In this document: positions 9,359 through 19,810 of the stretch, one piece after another
Numbering within the stretch: the stretch's first letter is position 1
Layout: each line of letters begins with the position of its first letter
Source: Actinomycetes bacterium
Lineage (GTDB): Bacteria; Actinomycetota; Acidimicrobiia; Spongiisociales; SHLN01
Length of the DNA stretch: 49,637 nucleotides
Assembly: GCA_024638625.1 (NCBI GenBank)
Contig: JAHEJY010000004.1
Span: 1 to 49,637, forward strand
Direction of reading: 5' to 3'
Translations under genes and position numbers: made by a program
The notes under the pieces: model-generated
What the model saw: the letters and a program-made list of their open reading frames with translations, nothing else
What the model was told of the DNA's origin: nothing
Database searches by the model: none

Positions 9359-10479
9359 GCTGCTATCGAGATGACAGCGTAGCCTCTGTCGTCAGAACCC
9401 CGCCGCGCCCGCTCGAGCATCGCCGGAGCGAGCCATTCGGGGGTGAGGAATTCGGGATAGGTCGGCAATCTGGCGACCAGCTCGAACCCGGAAGCTTCTG
9501 TCCTGTCACGAAGCTGATCGAGATGTGGCCACGGTTGCTCGGGGTTGACCCAATCGATCGTGATGGGCGACACCCCACCCCAGTCGTTGATTCCGGCATC
9601 GAGGAGGAGCTCGTAGCGTTCGGACAAGTTGGGTGGCACTTGCAAGTTGACGTCAGGTCCCAAAATCCAACGAGCCACAGCCACCACCCGCCGGAAATAG
9701 TCAGGCGTCGGCTCGGCTTCGCCCCGCATGCGGGTGTCGGCCTTGGCCCGGAAATTCTGAACGATCACCTCCTGAATGTGGCCCGTCTGAAGATCGCTGA
9801 GAGCAAACAAGCTGTCAACAAGCTCTTCGGTGGTCTCACCGATACCGACGAGGACACCCGTTGTGAACGGAACGTTCTGGCGACCCGCCGCCTTGATGGT
9901 CTCCACCCGGGCTCGTGGATCCTTGTCAGGACAATTGTGATGAGGCATTCCGGGCTCCATGAGACGCGGCGAGATGTTCTCGAGCATCATCCCTGCCGAG
10001 ATGTTGGAGGGACGCAGAGTGCGTAGCGCCTCGTCACTCATCAAACCGGGATTGGCGTGGGGAAACAGCGAAGTCTCCGAAACGATGAGTTCAGACATCT
10101 TCTGCACATACTCGATGGTGGTACCGCAGCCCTGTCGTTCGAGGAATTGGGCAGCCTGCGGCCATCGATCCTCCGGCCGGTCGCCCAGCGTTAGGAGCGC
10201 TTCGGTGCAACCGAAGCGCTCCCCGGCCTTCGCTATGGCCAGCACGTCTTCGGGCTCGAGATACTCACCTCCGGCTCCTGGTGGTTTGGCGAAAGTGCAA
10301 TAGGAGCACGTGTCCATGCAAAGCGTGGTCAACGGTATGAACACCTTGCGTGAGTATGTGATGGTCCGACCGGTTCCCTCATTCCGCAAGCGCCGGGCCT
10401 CCGCGAACAATCGGGTCGGATCCAGTTGGCCCTTCGCCAACGCCACAGCCTTGTCTCGCTCGGCGGTGCCGAGATTCAT
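9355..10479 (-). CDS. cofG: FO synthase subunit CofG (radical SAM)
   Basis: TYSRKVFIPLTTLCMDTCSYCTF, GINDWGGVSP, DWVNPEQPWP. Confidence 0.95.
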   Translation of the reverse strand: MNLGTAERDKAVALAKGQLDPTRLFAEARRLRNEGTGRTITYSRKVFIPLTTLCMDTCSYCTFAKPPGAGGEYLEPEDVLAIAKAGERFGCTEALLTLGDRPEDRWPQAAQFLERQGCGTTIEYVQKMSELIVSETSLFPHANPGLMSDEALRTLRPSNISAGMMLENISPRLMEPGMPHHNCPDKDPRARVETIKAAGRQNVPFTTGVLVGIGETTEELVDSLFALSDLQTGHIQEVIVQNFRAKADTRMRGEAEPTPDYFRRVVAVARWILGPDVNLQVPPNLSERYELLLDAGINDWGGVSPITIDWVNPEQPWPHLDQLRDRTEASGFELVARLPTYPEFLTPEWLAPAMLERARRGSDDRGYAVISIAA

Positions 10480-10597
10480 ATGAAGGGGTCTGTCATGAGG
10501 TCAGCCACTGTAACCCGACGACCAATCAACGGGTAGCGCTAGATTGCGTCACCGGGACCGCGCCCTCCACCCGCCACGCATTCCCAAGGAGCCAAAT

Positions 10598-11377
10598 ATG
10601 AAGATCGCCGCCCATCTACACCCGCAACACGCAACGTACGACGATATCCGAAAAGCGGTCCTCCGGGCAGAAGACATGGGAGTGGACGTCGTCTACAACT
10701 GGGATCATTTTTATCCGTTGTATGGCGACGCTTCCGGGAAGCATTTCGAGGCCTGGACCATGCTCGCCTCGTGGGCCGAAATCACGGACCGCGTCCAGAT
10801 CGGATGCCTCGTGACTTGCAACTCGTATCGAAACCCGAATCTGCTTGCCGACATGGCTCGCACGGTCGATCACATCGCAGGCGGCAGGTTGATCTTCGGC
10901 ATCGGATCCGGCTGGTTCGAAAAGGACTACGACGAATATGGATACGAATTTGGCACCGCCGGCCGGCGGCTCGACTATCTCGCCGAGTCTCTCCCCATCA
11001 TCCGTTCCCGGTTCGATGAACTGAATCCCCCTCCCATTGGGCCGATGCCGATCCTGATTGGCGGAGGCGGTGAGCGCAAGACGCTCCGCTACACGGCCCA
11101 GCATGCCGACATCTGGCATTTCTGGTGGAATCAGCGAGATCCATCCACGTACCTGCACAAGGATTCTGTACTGAAGCAATGGTGCGAGAAGGAGGGCCGC
11201 GACTCCAGCGAAATCGTGCGTTCGGTCGGTGTCGATCGCGACAAGGACCCGATGACGCAGGAACTTCTCGATGCCCTTCTCGAAGCCGGGGTCGGCGAAG
11301 TAACCCTGGGCTTCAACGGCCCCGATTACGATCTATCGCCGATCAAGAGCTGGATCGACTGGCGGGATTCGCTCTAG
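10598..11377 (+). CDS. LLM-class F420-dependent oxidoreductase
   Basis: NWDHFYPL, LVTCNSYRNPNLLADMARTVDH, GIGSGWFEKDY; AAGGAG RBS. Confidence 0.92.
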   Translation: MKIAAHLHPQHATYDDIRKAVLRAEDMGVDVVYNWDHFYPLYGDASGKHFEAWTMLASWAEITDRVQIGCLVTCNSYRNPNLLADMARTVDHIAGGRLIFGIGSGWFEKDYDEYGYEFGTAGRRLDYLAESLPIIRSRFDELNPPPIGPMPILIGGGGERKTLRYTAQHADIWHFWWNQRDPSTYLHKDSVLKQWCEKEGRDSSEIVRSVGVDRDKDPMTQELLDALLEAGVGEVTLGFNGPDYDLSPIKSWIDWRDSL

Positions 11378-11384
11378 CGGATTG

Positions 11385-11876
11385 CTACAAGCCCTCCGGC
11401 GGATCGACCACGACGAGCCCGTGTTCCAGGTCGACCTCGGGTACCAGTTCCGCGACAAACGGGATTTCGATGAGGCGAGAGTCCGACTCGATCACCAATC
11501 GGGCCTGGGCGGGGCCAACGGCTACCTCCTTCACCATCCCGAGCGAGGCGCCGCCTACGGTCATCGCCCGGAGTCCGATGAGGTCTTCGAGCCAGTACTC
11601 AGACTCGTCGAGTTCGGGGGGAGAGTCCGTCCAGGCCTCCAGGTTTCGAAAGGTTTCTGCAACCTCGCGCCGGTTGATCCCCTCGAGCGTCAGGAGCAGT
11701 TGATCCTGGTGATCTCGAACCGAGGCGATCGTATATGGCAGTTCCCCGGACCCCTCAACGCGCAGCAACGTGCCGGGCACGAACCAACCCGCATCCACGA
11801 GCGGGAAGAACTTGATTTCTCCGGCAAGGCCGTGTGCCTTGCCGAAGGAGCCAACTCTGCGATTCGCCGGTTCCAT
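11385..11876 (-). CDS. rimM: Ribosome maturation factor RimM
   Basis: GKAHGLAGE, EYWLEDLIGL, IPFVAELVPEVD; operon position. Confidence 0.92.
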   Translation of the reverse strand: MEPANRRVGSFGKAHGLAGEIKFFPLVDAGWFVPGTLLRVEGSGELPYTIASVRDHQDQLLLTLEGINRREVAETFRNLEAWTDSPPELDESEYWLEDLIGLRAMTVGGASLGMVKEVAVGPAQARLVIESDSRLIEIPFVAELVPEVDLEHGLVVVDPPEGL

Positions 11877-11913
11877 CTAGCCGGTCACTTTCCATGCCCG
11901 CCCTTGAGATGTC

Positions 11914-12162
11914 CTAGTCGAGAAACTCGACGTTGGCCCGGAGCCCCTCTTCGTCTCCAGCAGCCTGAGCGAGGGTTCTGATCGCGCGGGCCACCCGTCC
12001 TCTGCGCCCGATGACCCGGCCCATGTCGGTCTTTGCGGTCTTGACCTCGGCAACAACCTCGTCCGGACCGTCTTCCATCAAGTCGACCTCGACGTCTTCG
12101 GGATGCTCGACGATCTCGGTAACGATGAACCGGACGACCTTCTCGACAATTTCACCAGCCAT
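11914..12162 (-). CDS. khpA: KH-domain RNA-binding protein (KhpA/YlqC)
   Basis: DMGRVIGRRGRVARAIR; lies between rpsP and rimM. Confidence 0.92.
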   Translation of the reverse strand: MAGEIVEKVVRFIVTEIVEHPEDVEVDLMEDGPDEVVAEVKTAKTDMGRVIGRRGRVARAIRTLAQAAGDEEGLRANVEFLD

Positions 12163-12740
12163 CAGGCCTCCTCGGTTGTAGCGGTTTCATCGGACGCCTC
12201 CCCGGCAACCGGTTCCTGGTCGGGCTCAGCAGCCACAGGCTCAGCAGCCACAGGCTCTCCAGCCATGGGCTCTCCAGCCACAGGCTCTTGCGTCCCGGGT
12301 TGTTCCGGTGCGGGTTCTGTTGCCGCGGATTCTTCGGGCGCAGATTCTTGGGGCGCAGATTCTTCGGGTGCGGGCGTCTCGGCCACCGGCTCTTCCGCGA
12401 CGGGTTCTGGCTCTGGAGCCGTCCCGGAGGGCCGACCTTTGGATTCGGGCGGGCTCGCATCGACAACGTGAATATCGCCCCTTGCCATCGCGAATCGGGT
12501 CCAGGCGCCGGATATTTCGAGCAGTTTTCGCACCGCTGCGGTTGGTTGGGCGCCTACGCCCAGCCAATAGTTGGCCCGGTCGTTGTCAATCTCGACGACG
12601 GAGGGCTCGTGATGCGGGTCGTAACGACCGATCAGCTCGATGAATCGCCCGTCCCGGGGTGAACGCGAGTCGGCGGCAACCACGCGGTAGGTCGGATGCT
12701 TCTTTTTGCCCATCCGCATGAGCCGGAGCTTTACAGCCAT
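12162..12740 (-). CDS. rpsP: 30S ribosomal protein S16 with acidic repetitive C-terminal tail
   Basis: [31 protein letters not shown]...GAQPT. Confidence 0.97.
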   Translation of the reverse strand: MAVKLRLMRMGKKKHPTYRVVAADSRSPRDGRFIELIGRYDPHHEPSVVEIDNDRANYWLGVGAQPTAAVRKLLEISGAWTRFAMARGDIHVVDASPPESKGRPSGTAPEPEPVAEEPVAETPAPEESAPQESAPEESAATEPAPEQPGTQEPVAGEPMAGEPVAAEPVAAEPDQEPVAGEASDETATTEEA

Positions 12741-12883
12741 GTCGTTGCTTCTTTCAAGTCACTTCTTTCAAGTCGTGGTGGGTATCAGTTTGATTCGGCA
12801 GTGATTCTTCAGTGCCCTCTGTTCTTGATGCGGGTTGGTGGCGAAGATGGTGAGCCTCGACGTTGAGGGCCTTGATATGGAGT

Positions 12884-14305
12884 CTATTTCTTCTTCTTCT
12901 TTTTACCTTTGACGCGGTTTTGTCCTCGTACCGGTCCAGTCTGGACCGGACGTTGTTTCGTCGCAACTCCACCACCGAAGGCGCCTGGATTCTGTAGGGC
13001 CTCCAGTGAGGGCATCGCTCCGCCTGACATCACGGCAGACATCATCTGTTTCGCCTGCCCGAATTGCTTCAACAGGGCAGTGACGGCTTGCGTCGTCGAT
13101 CCCGAGCCCCTGGCAATACGCTGTTTCCGGCTTTTGTCAATCAGGTTGGGATTACTTCTCTCGGCTGCGGTCATGGATCGAATGATCGCTTCCACCCGGC
13201 TGAGATCGGCCTCGTCAACGTCAGCACCCGCCAGCGCCGCCGAAGCGCCGGGAATCATACCTAGCAACTGCTTCAGCGGCCCCATTTTTCTCAGCTTGCT
13301 CATCTGGTCGAGGAAGTCGTCGAGGTCAAATTCGTTCCTCGCCATCTTTTCGGCTGTTCGTTCGGCTTCTTCCTCGTCGAAAGCGGTCTCGGCCTTTTCG
13401 ATGAGCGTGAGAACGTCGCCCATGCCGAGAATGCGCGAGGCCATACGCTCGGGGTGGAATACCTCGAATTGGTCGAGTCCCTCCCCGACGCCTGCGAACT
13501 TGATCGGACACCCGGTGACCTCACGTACCGATATCGCAGCACCGCCACGTGCGTCACCATCGAGCTTGGACATCACGATCCCGGTGACGCGGATCCTGTC
13601 GAGGAACCCCTGTGCCACGTCAACGGCAACCTGGCCGGTCATTGCGTCGACAACCAGCAACGTCTCATCCGGTTGGGCGACCTTGGAAACATCGGCCAAC
13701 TCGTCCATGAGCTCTTTGTCGATCTGGAGCCGGCCCGCAGTGTCGATGATGACGACGTCGTTGCCCATGCGATCGGCTTCTTTGAGCGCTGCCTTCACCA
13801 ACCGGGCCGGCTTGGATTTCTGCTCGGAGTAGACCGGCACCCCTACCCGCTCGCCGAGAACGATGAGCTGCTCGATGGCGGCGGGTCGCTGGAGATCCGC
13901 CGCAACGAGGATCGGACGCTTTCCGGCATCTTTGAGTTGCTTGGCGAGCTTGCCTGCTGACGTGGTCTTACCGGAGCCCTGCAAGCCGACCATGGAGATG
14001 ATGAGCGGCGGCTTCGTCGGCTTTGCCAGCTCGGCTGTGTCGGAACCGAGGGTCTGGATCAGTTCTTCATTCACCACTTTGATGATCTGTTGACCCGGCG
14101 TCAGGCTTTGCTGCACCTCAGAACCGAGCGCCCTCTCTCGCACCCGCCGTAAGAGATTGCCGGCTACGCCGACATTGACGTCGGCTTCGAGCAGCGCCAT
14201 ACGCACGTCGCGCAAGACCTCATCGAGGTCCTGTTCACGAATCTTGCCTTTGCCGCTGATTTGGCGAAAGACGTCGGAAAAACGATTGGTCAGGTTGTCG
14301 AACAT
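12884..14305 (-). CDS. ffh: Signal recognition particle protein
   Basis: MFDNL start, GLQGSGKTT, DTAGR, SKLDGDARGG, M-domain. Confidence 0.98.
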   Translation of the reverse strand: MFDNLTNRFSDVFRQISGKGKIREQDLDEVLRDVRMALLEADVNVGVAGNLLRRVRERALGSEVQQSLTPGQQIIKVVNEELIQTLGSDTAELAKPTKPPLIISMVGLQGSGKTTSAGKLAKQLKDAGKRPILVAADLQRPAAIEQLIVLGERVGVPVYSEQKSKPARLVKAALKEADRMGNDVVIIDTAGRLQIDKELMDELADVSKVAQPDETLLVVDAMTGQVAVDVAQGFLDRIRVTGIVMSKLDGDARGGAAISVREVTGCPIKFAGVGEGLDQFEVFHPERMASRILGMGDVLTLIEKAETAFDEEEAERTAEKMARNEFDLDDFLDQMSKLRKMGPLKQLLGMIPGASAALAGADVDEADLSRVEAIIRSMTAAERSNPNLIDKSRKQRIARGSGSTTQAVTALLKQFGQAKQMMSAVMSGGAMPSLEALQNPGAFGGGVATKQRPVQTGPVRGQNRVKGKKKKKK

Positions 14306-14412
14306 CGAAGGAGCAAGTGTAGAAGGTCGAGCGGTTCGCCGGTGGGCCTCCACGATAGGAACCGGCGGAGACGTTGGCGGCCGGTGTAGGTGAGCATTGG
14401 TAAGGTGCGGCT

Positions 14413-15030
14413 ATGAACGTGACTGCCCTCGACCACCCTCTGGCTGCGCACTACCTCACCGTCCTGCGCGACGCATCCACCCCGCCGGCCATGTTTCGCG
14501 AAGCGGCTGTTTCACTCGGGGGTTTGCTCGCCGTGGAAGCCACGAGCGGACTGCAGGTTTCCCAGATCGAGGTCACGACGCCGTTGAAATCGACTGTCGG
14601 CCACTCTATGTCGTCGAACGTTGTCGTTGTCCCGGTCCTCAGGGCAGGCCTCGGTTTGCTCCAACCTCTGCTCGATCTTCTGCCGGCATCGGCGGTCGGG
14701 TTCGTCGGCGTTGCCCGGAATCACGAATCCGCTCTTCCCGAGCAGTATTACGTCAACCTCCCTCACCCTGTCGAAACTGCAATTGTCCTCGAACCGATGC
14801 TCGCAACGGGCGGCTCGCTTGCGTGGGCGGTCGACGCCGTCAAGCAGGCCGGAGCCAACCAGATCATCTGTATCTCGGTTGTAGCAGCGCCCGAAGGCAT
14901 CGCGCACATGAAGGAACGACATCCCGACGTCCGGATCGTCACGGCAGCCTTGGACGAAGGGCTCAACGACTCCTTTTACATCGTTCCGGGTCTCGGTGAC
15001 ATGGGCGATCGGTTGTTCGGGACGATGTAG
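14413..15030 (+). CDS. upp: Uracil phosphoribosyltransferase
   Basis: VPVLRAGLG, PMLATGGS, YIVPGLGDMGDRLFGT. Confidence 0.96.
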   Translation: MNVTALDHPLAAHYLTVLRDASTPPAMFREAAVSLGGLLAVEATSGLQVSQIEVTTPLKSTVGHSMSSNVVVVPVLRAGLGLLQPLLDLLPASAVGFVGVARNHESALPEQYYVNLPHPVETAIVLEPMLATGGSLAWAVDAVKQAGANQIICISVVAAPEGIAHMKERHPDVRIVTAALDEGLNDSFYIVPGLGDMGDRLFGTM

Positions 15031-15033
15031 CCG

Positions 15034-16344
15034 ATGCGAGCTGTCGACATCATCGTCAAAAAACGTGACAAGCAGGAACTCACCCGGGAGGAGATCGACT
15101 ACCTGATCTCAGCGTTCACAGCCGATCGCGTTCCCGACTACCAAATGGCTGCCTGGGCGATGGCCGTTTTGCTCAATGGGATGACCGATCGCGAAACGAC
15201 CGATTTGACGATGGCAATGGCGGAATCAGGCGATCTTCTCGATCTGTCGAGTGTCGTCCCCGCCAGCGTTGACAAACACTCGTCAGGAGGCGTCGGAGAC
15301 AAGACCACCCTGGTAGTCGAGCCGATTGTCTCGGCGTCCGGCCTTCCGGTTGCAAAAATGTCCGGTCGGGGGCTCGGCCATAGCGGCGGGACCCTCGACA
15401 AGCTCGAATCGATTCCAGGACTCAGGACCAACCTCACCGAAGCCGAGTTCATCGCGCAGCTGAGGGAACACGGAATTGCTCTCATCAGCCAGACGGCAGA
15501 TATGGCGCCCGCCGACGGAAAGCTCTACGCCCTGCGGGACGTGACAGGCACGGTGCCGGCCATTCCCCTCATTGCCTCCTCCATCATGAGCAAGAAGATC
15601 GCGGCCGGCGCCCCGGCGGTAGTGCTCGATGTCAAGGTCGGGTTGGGGGCTTTCACACAGGATCTCGAGAGCGGGCGCCACCTGGCCCGACTGATGGTGG
15701 CGATCGCCAAGCTCAGTGGGCGCAAAGCGACTGCCCTCCTCTCCGATATGAACCAGCCTCTCGGACGCGCCGTCGGCAATGCCATCGAGGTAAAGGAGGC
15801 GATTGCGACCCTGCACGGCAGCGGCCCGGCAGATTTTCGGGAACATTGCCTGACTGTGGCGGCACATATGTTGTTGCTCGGGAGTATGGTCGCCACGGTG
15901 GACGAGGGACTCGAGTTGGCTGCCAGATCGCTCGATGACGGACGTGCATGGGAGCGCTTCCGGGTGTTGGTCTCGGCCCAGGGTGGTGACGTTTCGTCGG
16001 TCGACGACCCCGCAGGGTTACCTGTGGCCGCTCATATCGAACCGGTGGCGGCTCCCCGTTCCGGCTTCCTGAGCCAAATCCACGCGCGACGAGTCGGCGA
16101 AGCCGTGGTGAGGCTCGGCGGCGGCAGGGAGACCAAGGGCCAACAGATCGATCATGCCGTCGGAGTCGAGATCCTCAGATTGGTTGGAGACGAAGTATCG
16201 GAAAACGAACCTCTGTTTGTCGTTCATGCGGCCACCAGAGGTGAACTGGAGCGAGCGAAGCGCGATTTGCTCGCGGCCCACCGCTGGTCTGATGAACCGG
16301 TCGCTCCGCTTCCCCTCTTCTATGACACGATTCATTCGGAATGA
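15034..16344 (+). CDS. pdp: Pyrimidine-nucleoside/thymidine phosphorylase
   Basis: DKHSSGGVGDK, KMSGRGLGHSGGTLDKLE, YALRDVT, SIMSKK. Confidence 0.95.
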   Translation: MRAVDIIVKKRDKQELTREEIDYLISAFTADRVPDYQMAAWAMAVLLNGMTDRETTDLTMAMAESGDLLDLSSVVPASVDKHSSGGVGDKTTLVVEPIVSASGLPVAKMSGRGLGHSGGTLDKLESIPGLRTNLTEAEFIAQLREHGIALISQTADMAPADGKLYALRDVTGTVPAIPLIASSIMSKKIAAGAPAVVLDVKVGLGAFTQDLESGRHLARLMVAIAKLSGRKATALLSDMNQPLGRAVGNAIEVKEAIATLHGSGPADFREHCLTVAAHMLLLGSMVATVDEGLELAARSLDDGRAWERFRVLVSAQGGDVSSVDDPAGLPVAAHIEPVAAPRSGFLSQIHARRVGEAVVRLGGGRETKGQQIDHAVGVEILRLVGDEVSENEPLFVVHAATRGELERAKRDLLAAHRWSDEPVAPLPLFYDTIHSE

Positions 16345-17165
16345 ATTACGAAGACCTGATGGTCGCAGCTCGGGTGATCTCAAACTCAACCCGACGCACG
16401 CACACCGTAGCCATGGTTCTCGGCTCAGGGCTCGGTGGGTACGGAGCGGATGATTCCAGCGCGATCGCGATCCCGTATGTCGACATTCCAGGGTTTCCCG
16501 TCCCGAAGGTCGAAGGCCATCGTGGAACGCTCTATTCCGTACTTCCGGATGGATCACAAAACGGCATACTCGTCTTCTCCGGAAGAGCCCACGCTTACGA
16601 AGGCCTCGCTCTCGACGAGGTGGTCTTTGGGGTCCGCGTTGCGATCATGTCGGGATGCAGGACAATTGTGCTCACGAACGCCGCCGGGGGCGTAAGCGGT
16701 CATCTGGAGCCGGGGGATCTCGTTCTGATAACCGATCATCTGAATCTATCTGGTTTGAATCCTCTCATCGGTGAGAACGACAATCGGCTCGGACCACGGT
16801 TCCCGGACATGACGGATGTCTACGATCCGGCTCTCCGCGACGTTGCCCAGGAAGCTGCTGCCACCGCCGACGTCGCCCTCAAATCCGGTGTGTATGCATG
16901 GTTCAGCGGTCCATCGTATGAGACTCCCGCAGAAATCGAAATGGCGCGCAGACTGGGCGCCGACCTGGTGGGGATGTCGACCGTCCCCGAAGCGATAGCC
17001 GCGCGCCATATGGGAGCGAGAGTCCTCGGCATCTCGTTGGTCACGAACAAGGCGGCGGGCATGTCGGGCAAGCCGCTATCGCATGACGAAGTCACCTCGG
17101 CCGCCGATTTGGCACGGCGCGATCTCACCCTGATCATCGACCGGCTACGTGACCGACTGGTTTGA
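16341..17165 (+). CDS. punA: Purine-nucleoside phosphorylase
   Basis: LGSGLG, GRAHAYEG, TNAAGG, GPSYETPAE, VGMSTVPE. Confidence 0.95.
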   Translation: MNYEDLMVAARVISNSTRRTHTVAMVLGSGLGGYGADDSSAIAIPYVDIPGFPVPKVEGHRGTLYSVLPDGSQNGILVFSGRAHAYEGLALDEVVFGVRVAIMSGCRTIVLTNAAGGVSGHLEPGDLVLITDHLNLSGLNPLIGENDNRLGPRFPDMTDVYDPALRDVAQEAAATADVALKSGVYAWFSGPSYETPAEIEMARRLGADLVGMSTVPEAIAARHMGARVLGISLVTNKAAGMSGKPLSHDEVTSAADLARRDLTLIIDRLRDRLV

Positions 17166-17238
17166 CGCAGATCGACACAGAGACGGATAACATCACCCGA
17201 CCATTGAGGCGCCATCCGTACCGACCCCCTGGAGCACT

Positions 17239-18000
17239 ATGAACATCGTCGTCTGTGTAAAGCAGATTCCCGACCCGGCCAACCCCTACTCGCTGGACCC
17301 TGAAACCCACTACCTGAATCGACCGCACGAGCAGGTGCTCGACGATACGGATCGGTACGGAGTCGAGGTCGGACTGCAGTTGGCTGCCGTGGACGAGGGC
17401 ACGGTCACACTCGTGTCCATGGGGCCTGCCGGAAACATGCAAGGCGTACGACAGGCCCTGGCCATGGGAGCGGACAAGGCGATCCATATAGATGACGCCG
17501 GACTCAAGGGCTCGGGTGCTCTCACGACCGCCAGGATTCTGGCAGCTGCGATCCAGCAGACCGGATTCGATCTCGTCGTGGCCGGTACCGAGTCGACGGA
17601 TGGCTACACCGGAGTCGTTCCGCAGCAGCTCGCAGAACTCCTCGGGGTGCCCGCACTCACCTTCGCGAAAAAGGTCGACGTGGACGGTTCAACCATCACC
17701 ATCAACCAACAGACCGCCACGGGCTATAACGTGGTCACCAGCGAGCTGCCCGCTGTCGTCTCTGTCACAGCTGGAGTCGTTGAACCCCGATATCCGACGT
17801 TCAAGGGCATCATGGCCGCGAAATCGAAGCCGGTCGAAACGTATTCGGCGTCAGATCTCGGTATCACCGATACAAGCTCAGGGCAATCAACCGTTTCGGT
17901 GACCGATGCAACGGAACGTGAAGCTGGTGAAAAGATCGAAGACGATGGCGAAGGGCATCTGCGCATCGTCGAGAAACTCCAAGAATTGAAGGTCGTCTAA
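17239..18000 (+). CDS. etfB: Electron transfer flavoprotein beta subunit
   Basis: MNIVVCVKQIPD, ALAMGADKA, EPRYP. Confidence 0.95.
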   Translation: MNIVVCVKQIPDPANPYSLDPETHYLNRPHEQVLDDTDRYGVEVGLQLAAVDEGTVTLVSMGPAGNMQGVRQALAMGADKAIHIDDAGLKGSGALTTARILAAAIQQTGFDLVVAGTESTDGYTGVVPQQLAELLGVPALTFAKKVDVDGSTITINQQTATGYNVVTSELPAVVSVTAGVVEPRYPTFKGIMAAKSKPVETYSASDLGITDTSSGQSTVSVTDATEREAGEKIEDDGEGHLRIVEKLQELKVV

Positions 18001-18941
18001 TGGTCTGGGTCTTCGCACAAGCAGCAAACGGGGCGGTCGAACCAGTAGCGCTGGAACTCCTCACCAAGGCCAGGACGCTCGGTTCGGTTACAGCATTGTT
18101 GTTGGGGGAATCCACCAATGACGTCCTGGCCGAGCTCGGGGACTACGGCGCGTCACATGTGATTCACCTCACGGGCGCCGGAGATGCACTTCCTGCCGCC
18201 GCAAGCGCCGCCGCCATTGCGGGCCTTGCCGAGGAACAGAAGCCGGCACTCATTCTGTTCGGCTCCACCTACACCGGCCGCGATGTCGCGGGGCGTCTCA
18301 GCGTTCGCCTGGATCGCCCGATACTTGCCAACGCCGTCGACGTCGCCCTCGAAGATGGCTCGGCGCTCGTGACAAACGAGATATTTGGTGGCACCAAGAT
18401 CATCAAAACTGCCATCACGTCTCCGAGCCCCTCCCTGGTTGTTGCGCGACCAAAGGCCTTCACCGCCGAACCAGCGGGCGGGGGCACCCCGGACGTCACC
18501 GAGTCTGCGCTACCCGATGTCGGACATGCCGGCTCGGCGATCATTACCGAACGTCATGCGGAGACGGCCTCAGGTCCCAAACTGGAAGAAGCCGAAATCG
18601 TGGTATCTGGAGGTCGGGGACTTGGTTCGGCCGAAAACTACGGGCTCGTCGAGTCTCTGGCGGCCAAGCTGAGAGCCGCCACCGGCGCAACCCGCGCCAT
18701 CGTCGACGCCGGGTGGGTGCCATACGCAAAGCAGGTCGGACAGACCGGTAAGACGGTCAAGCCCAAGATCTACATTGCCTGTGGTATCAGCGGCGCAATG
18801 CAGCACCTGGTGGGCATGAAGGACTCGGACACGATCATCGCCATCAACAAGGACCCTGAGGCGCCCATCTTCGATGTGGCGGACCTGGGAATCGTCGGTG
18901 ACGTCCACAGTGTGATACCGAAGTTGATCGAGGCCCTCTAG
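18000..18941 (+). CDS. etfA: Electron transfer flavoprotein alpha subunit
   Basis: [40 protein letters not shown]. Confidence 0.96.
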   Translation: MVWVFAQAANGAVEPVALELLTKARTLGSVTALLLGESTNDVLAELGDYGASHVIHLTGAGDALPAAASAAAIAGLAEEQKPALILFGSTYTGRDVAGRLSVRLDRPILANAVDVALEDGSALVTNEIFGGTKIIKTAITSPSPSLVVARPKAFTAEPAGGGTPDVTESALPDVGHAGSAIITERHAETASGPKLEEAEIVVSGGRGLGSAENYGLVESLAAKLRAATGATRAIVDAGWVPYAKQVGQTGKTVKPKIYIACGISGAMQHLVGMKDSDTIIAINKDPEAPIFDVADLGIVGDVHSVIPKLIEAL

Positions 18942-18973
18942 CACCGTTCAGCCAGCCGGAAGTCGGACCGTGA

Positions 18974-19246
18974 CTAAGCGGCCCTCGGCAGGTCTGCGGG
19001 TTCTTCGGGCGTTGATATCAGTAAGCGGGGACCTTCAAAGCCCACCTCGGCTTCGGTGACGTCGGGCAGAATGCCGACGGTCATGAAGACTCCCCCGGCA
19101 AGCGCCAACGCTCCTAGCCAAAGAATGCGATCGCCGGTCGCAAAGGCGGCCGCCCCTACTGCGTACGAAGCTATCAACAGCACCCACGCGATCCTCACCA
19201 TGCGCACTCGATGTCTGGCTCGTTCCGTCCACAGTTCAATATCCAT
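18974..19246 (-). CDS. Small hypothetical two-TM membrane protein
   Basis: 90-aa ORF with two hydrophobic helices; consensus sigma28-type promoter directly upstream. Confidence 0.6.
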   Translation of the reverse strand: MDIELWTERARHRVRMVRIAWVLLIASYAVGAAAFATGDRILWLGALALAGGVFMTVGILPDVTEAEVGFEGPRLLISTPEEPADLPRAA

Positions 19247-19254
19247 GTGACTAG

Positions 19255-19282
19255 TTATCGGCAGCGAGGTGTTATGGCTTTA
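19255..19282 (-). promoter_or_regulatory. Sigma28 (FliA/WhiG)-type promoter TAAA-N16-GCCGATAA
   Basis: Minus strand cTAAAgccataacacctcgctGCCGATAAc; the -10 ends 8 nt before the ATG at 19246. Confidence 0.65.
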
Positions 19283-19357
19283 GGTAGCGTTCGCTCGAAC
19301 GCCGGCGCCGGGTAGGAACAGGCGTCGACTCCCGAGTGGACGACATGAGGAGGCAAC

Positions 19358-19807
19358 ATGGAAAATACGCTAAAACTCATTCACGTACTCGCCGCCATTG
19401 CGTGGTTCGGTGCCGGGACCGTGAGGGCTGTTCTTTTTGCGCGAGCTCGCGGCTCGGGTGATCGTCTGCGGCTGATCACCTTCTTGGAAGAGAACGAGTT
19501 TCTCGGCCGGGTGTATTACAACATCACAGGCATCATCACGCTTGTCGCCGGGGTATGGCTGGTTCTCATTTCGAACTGGGAGTTCTCGCAGTTGTGGATA
19601 TCCATCGGCTTCATCGGTGTCATTGTTGGCATCGTGTGGGGAGTCGTCTTTTATCCGAGGTTCCAGCGCGAGGCTCTTGCCGGACTGGCTGACGGCGAGG
19701 TATCGGACGTACGCGAGCCGCTGACTCGCTTCGCGCTCTACGCGAATGTCGAACTCCTGATCCTTGTGATCGTCGTGTGGGCGATGGTCTTCAAACCCGG
19801 CGCATAG
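19358..19807 (+). CDS. DUF2269-like membrane protein
   Basis: LKLIHVLAAIAWFG...four TM helices...WAMVFKP C-terminus; GAGGAGG RBS. Confidence 0.8.
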   Translation: MENTLKLIHVLAAIAWFGAGTVRAVLFARARGSGDRLRLITFLEENEFLGRVYYNITGIITLVAGVWLVLISNWEFSQLWISIGFIGVIVGIVWGVVFYPRFQREALAGLADGEVSDVREPLTRFALYANVELLILVIVVWAMVFKPGA

Positions 19808-19810
19808 AGC

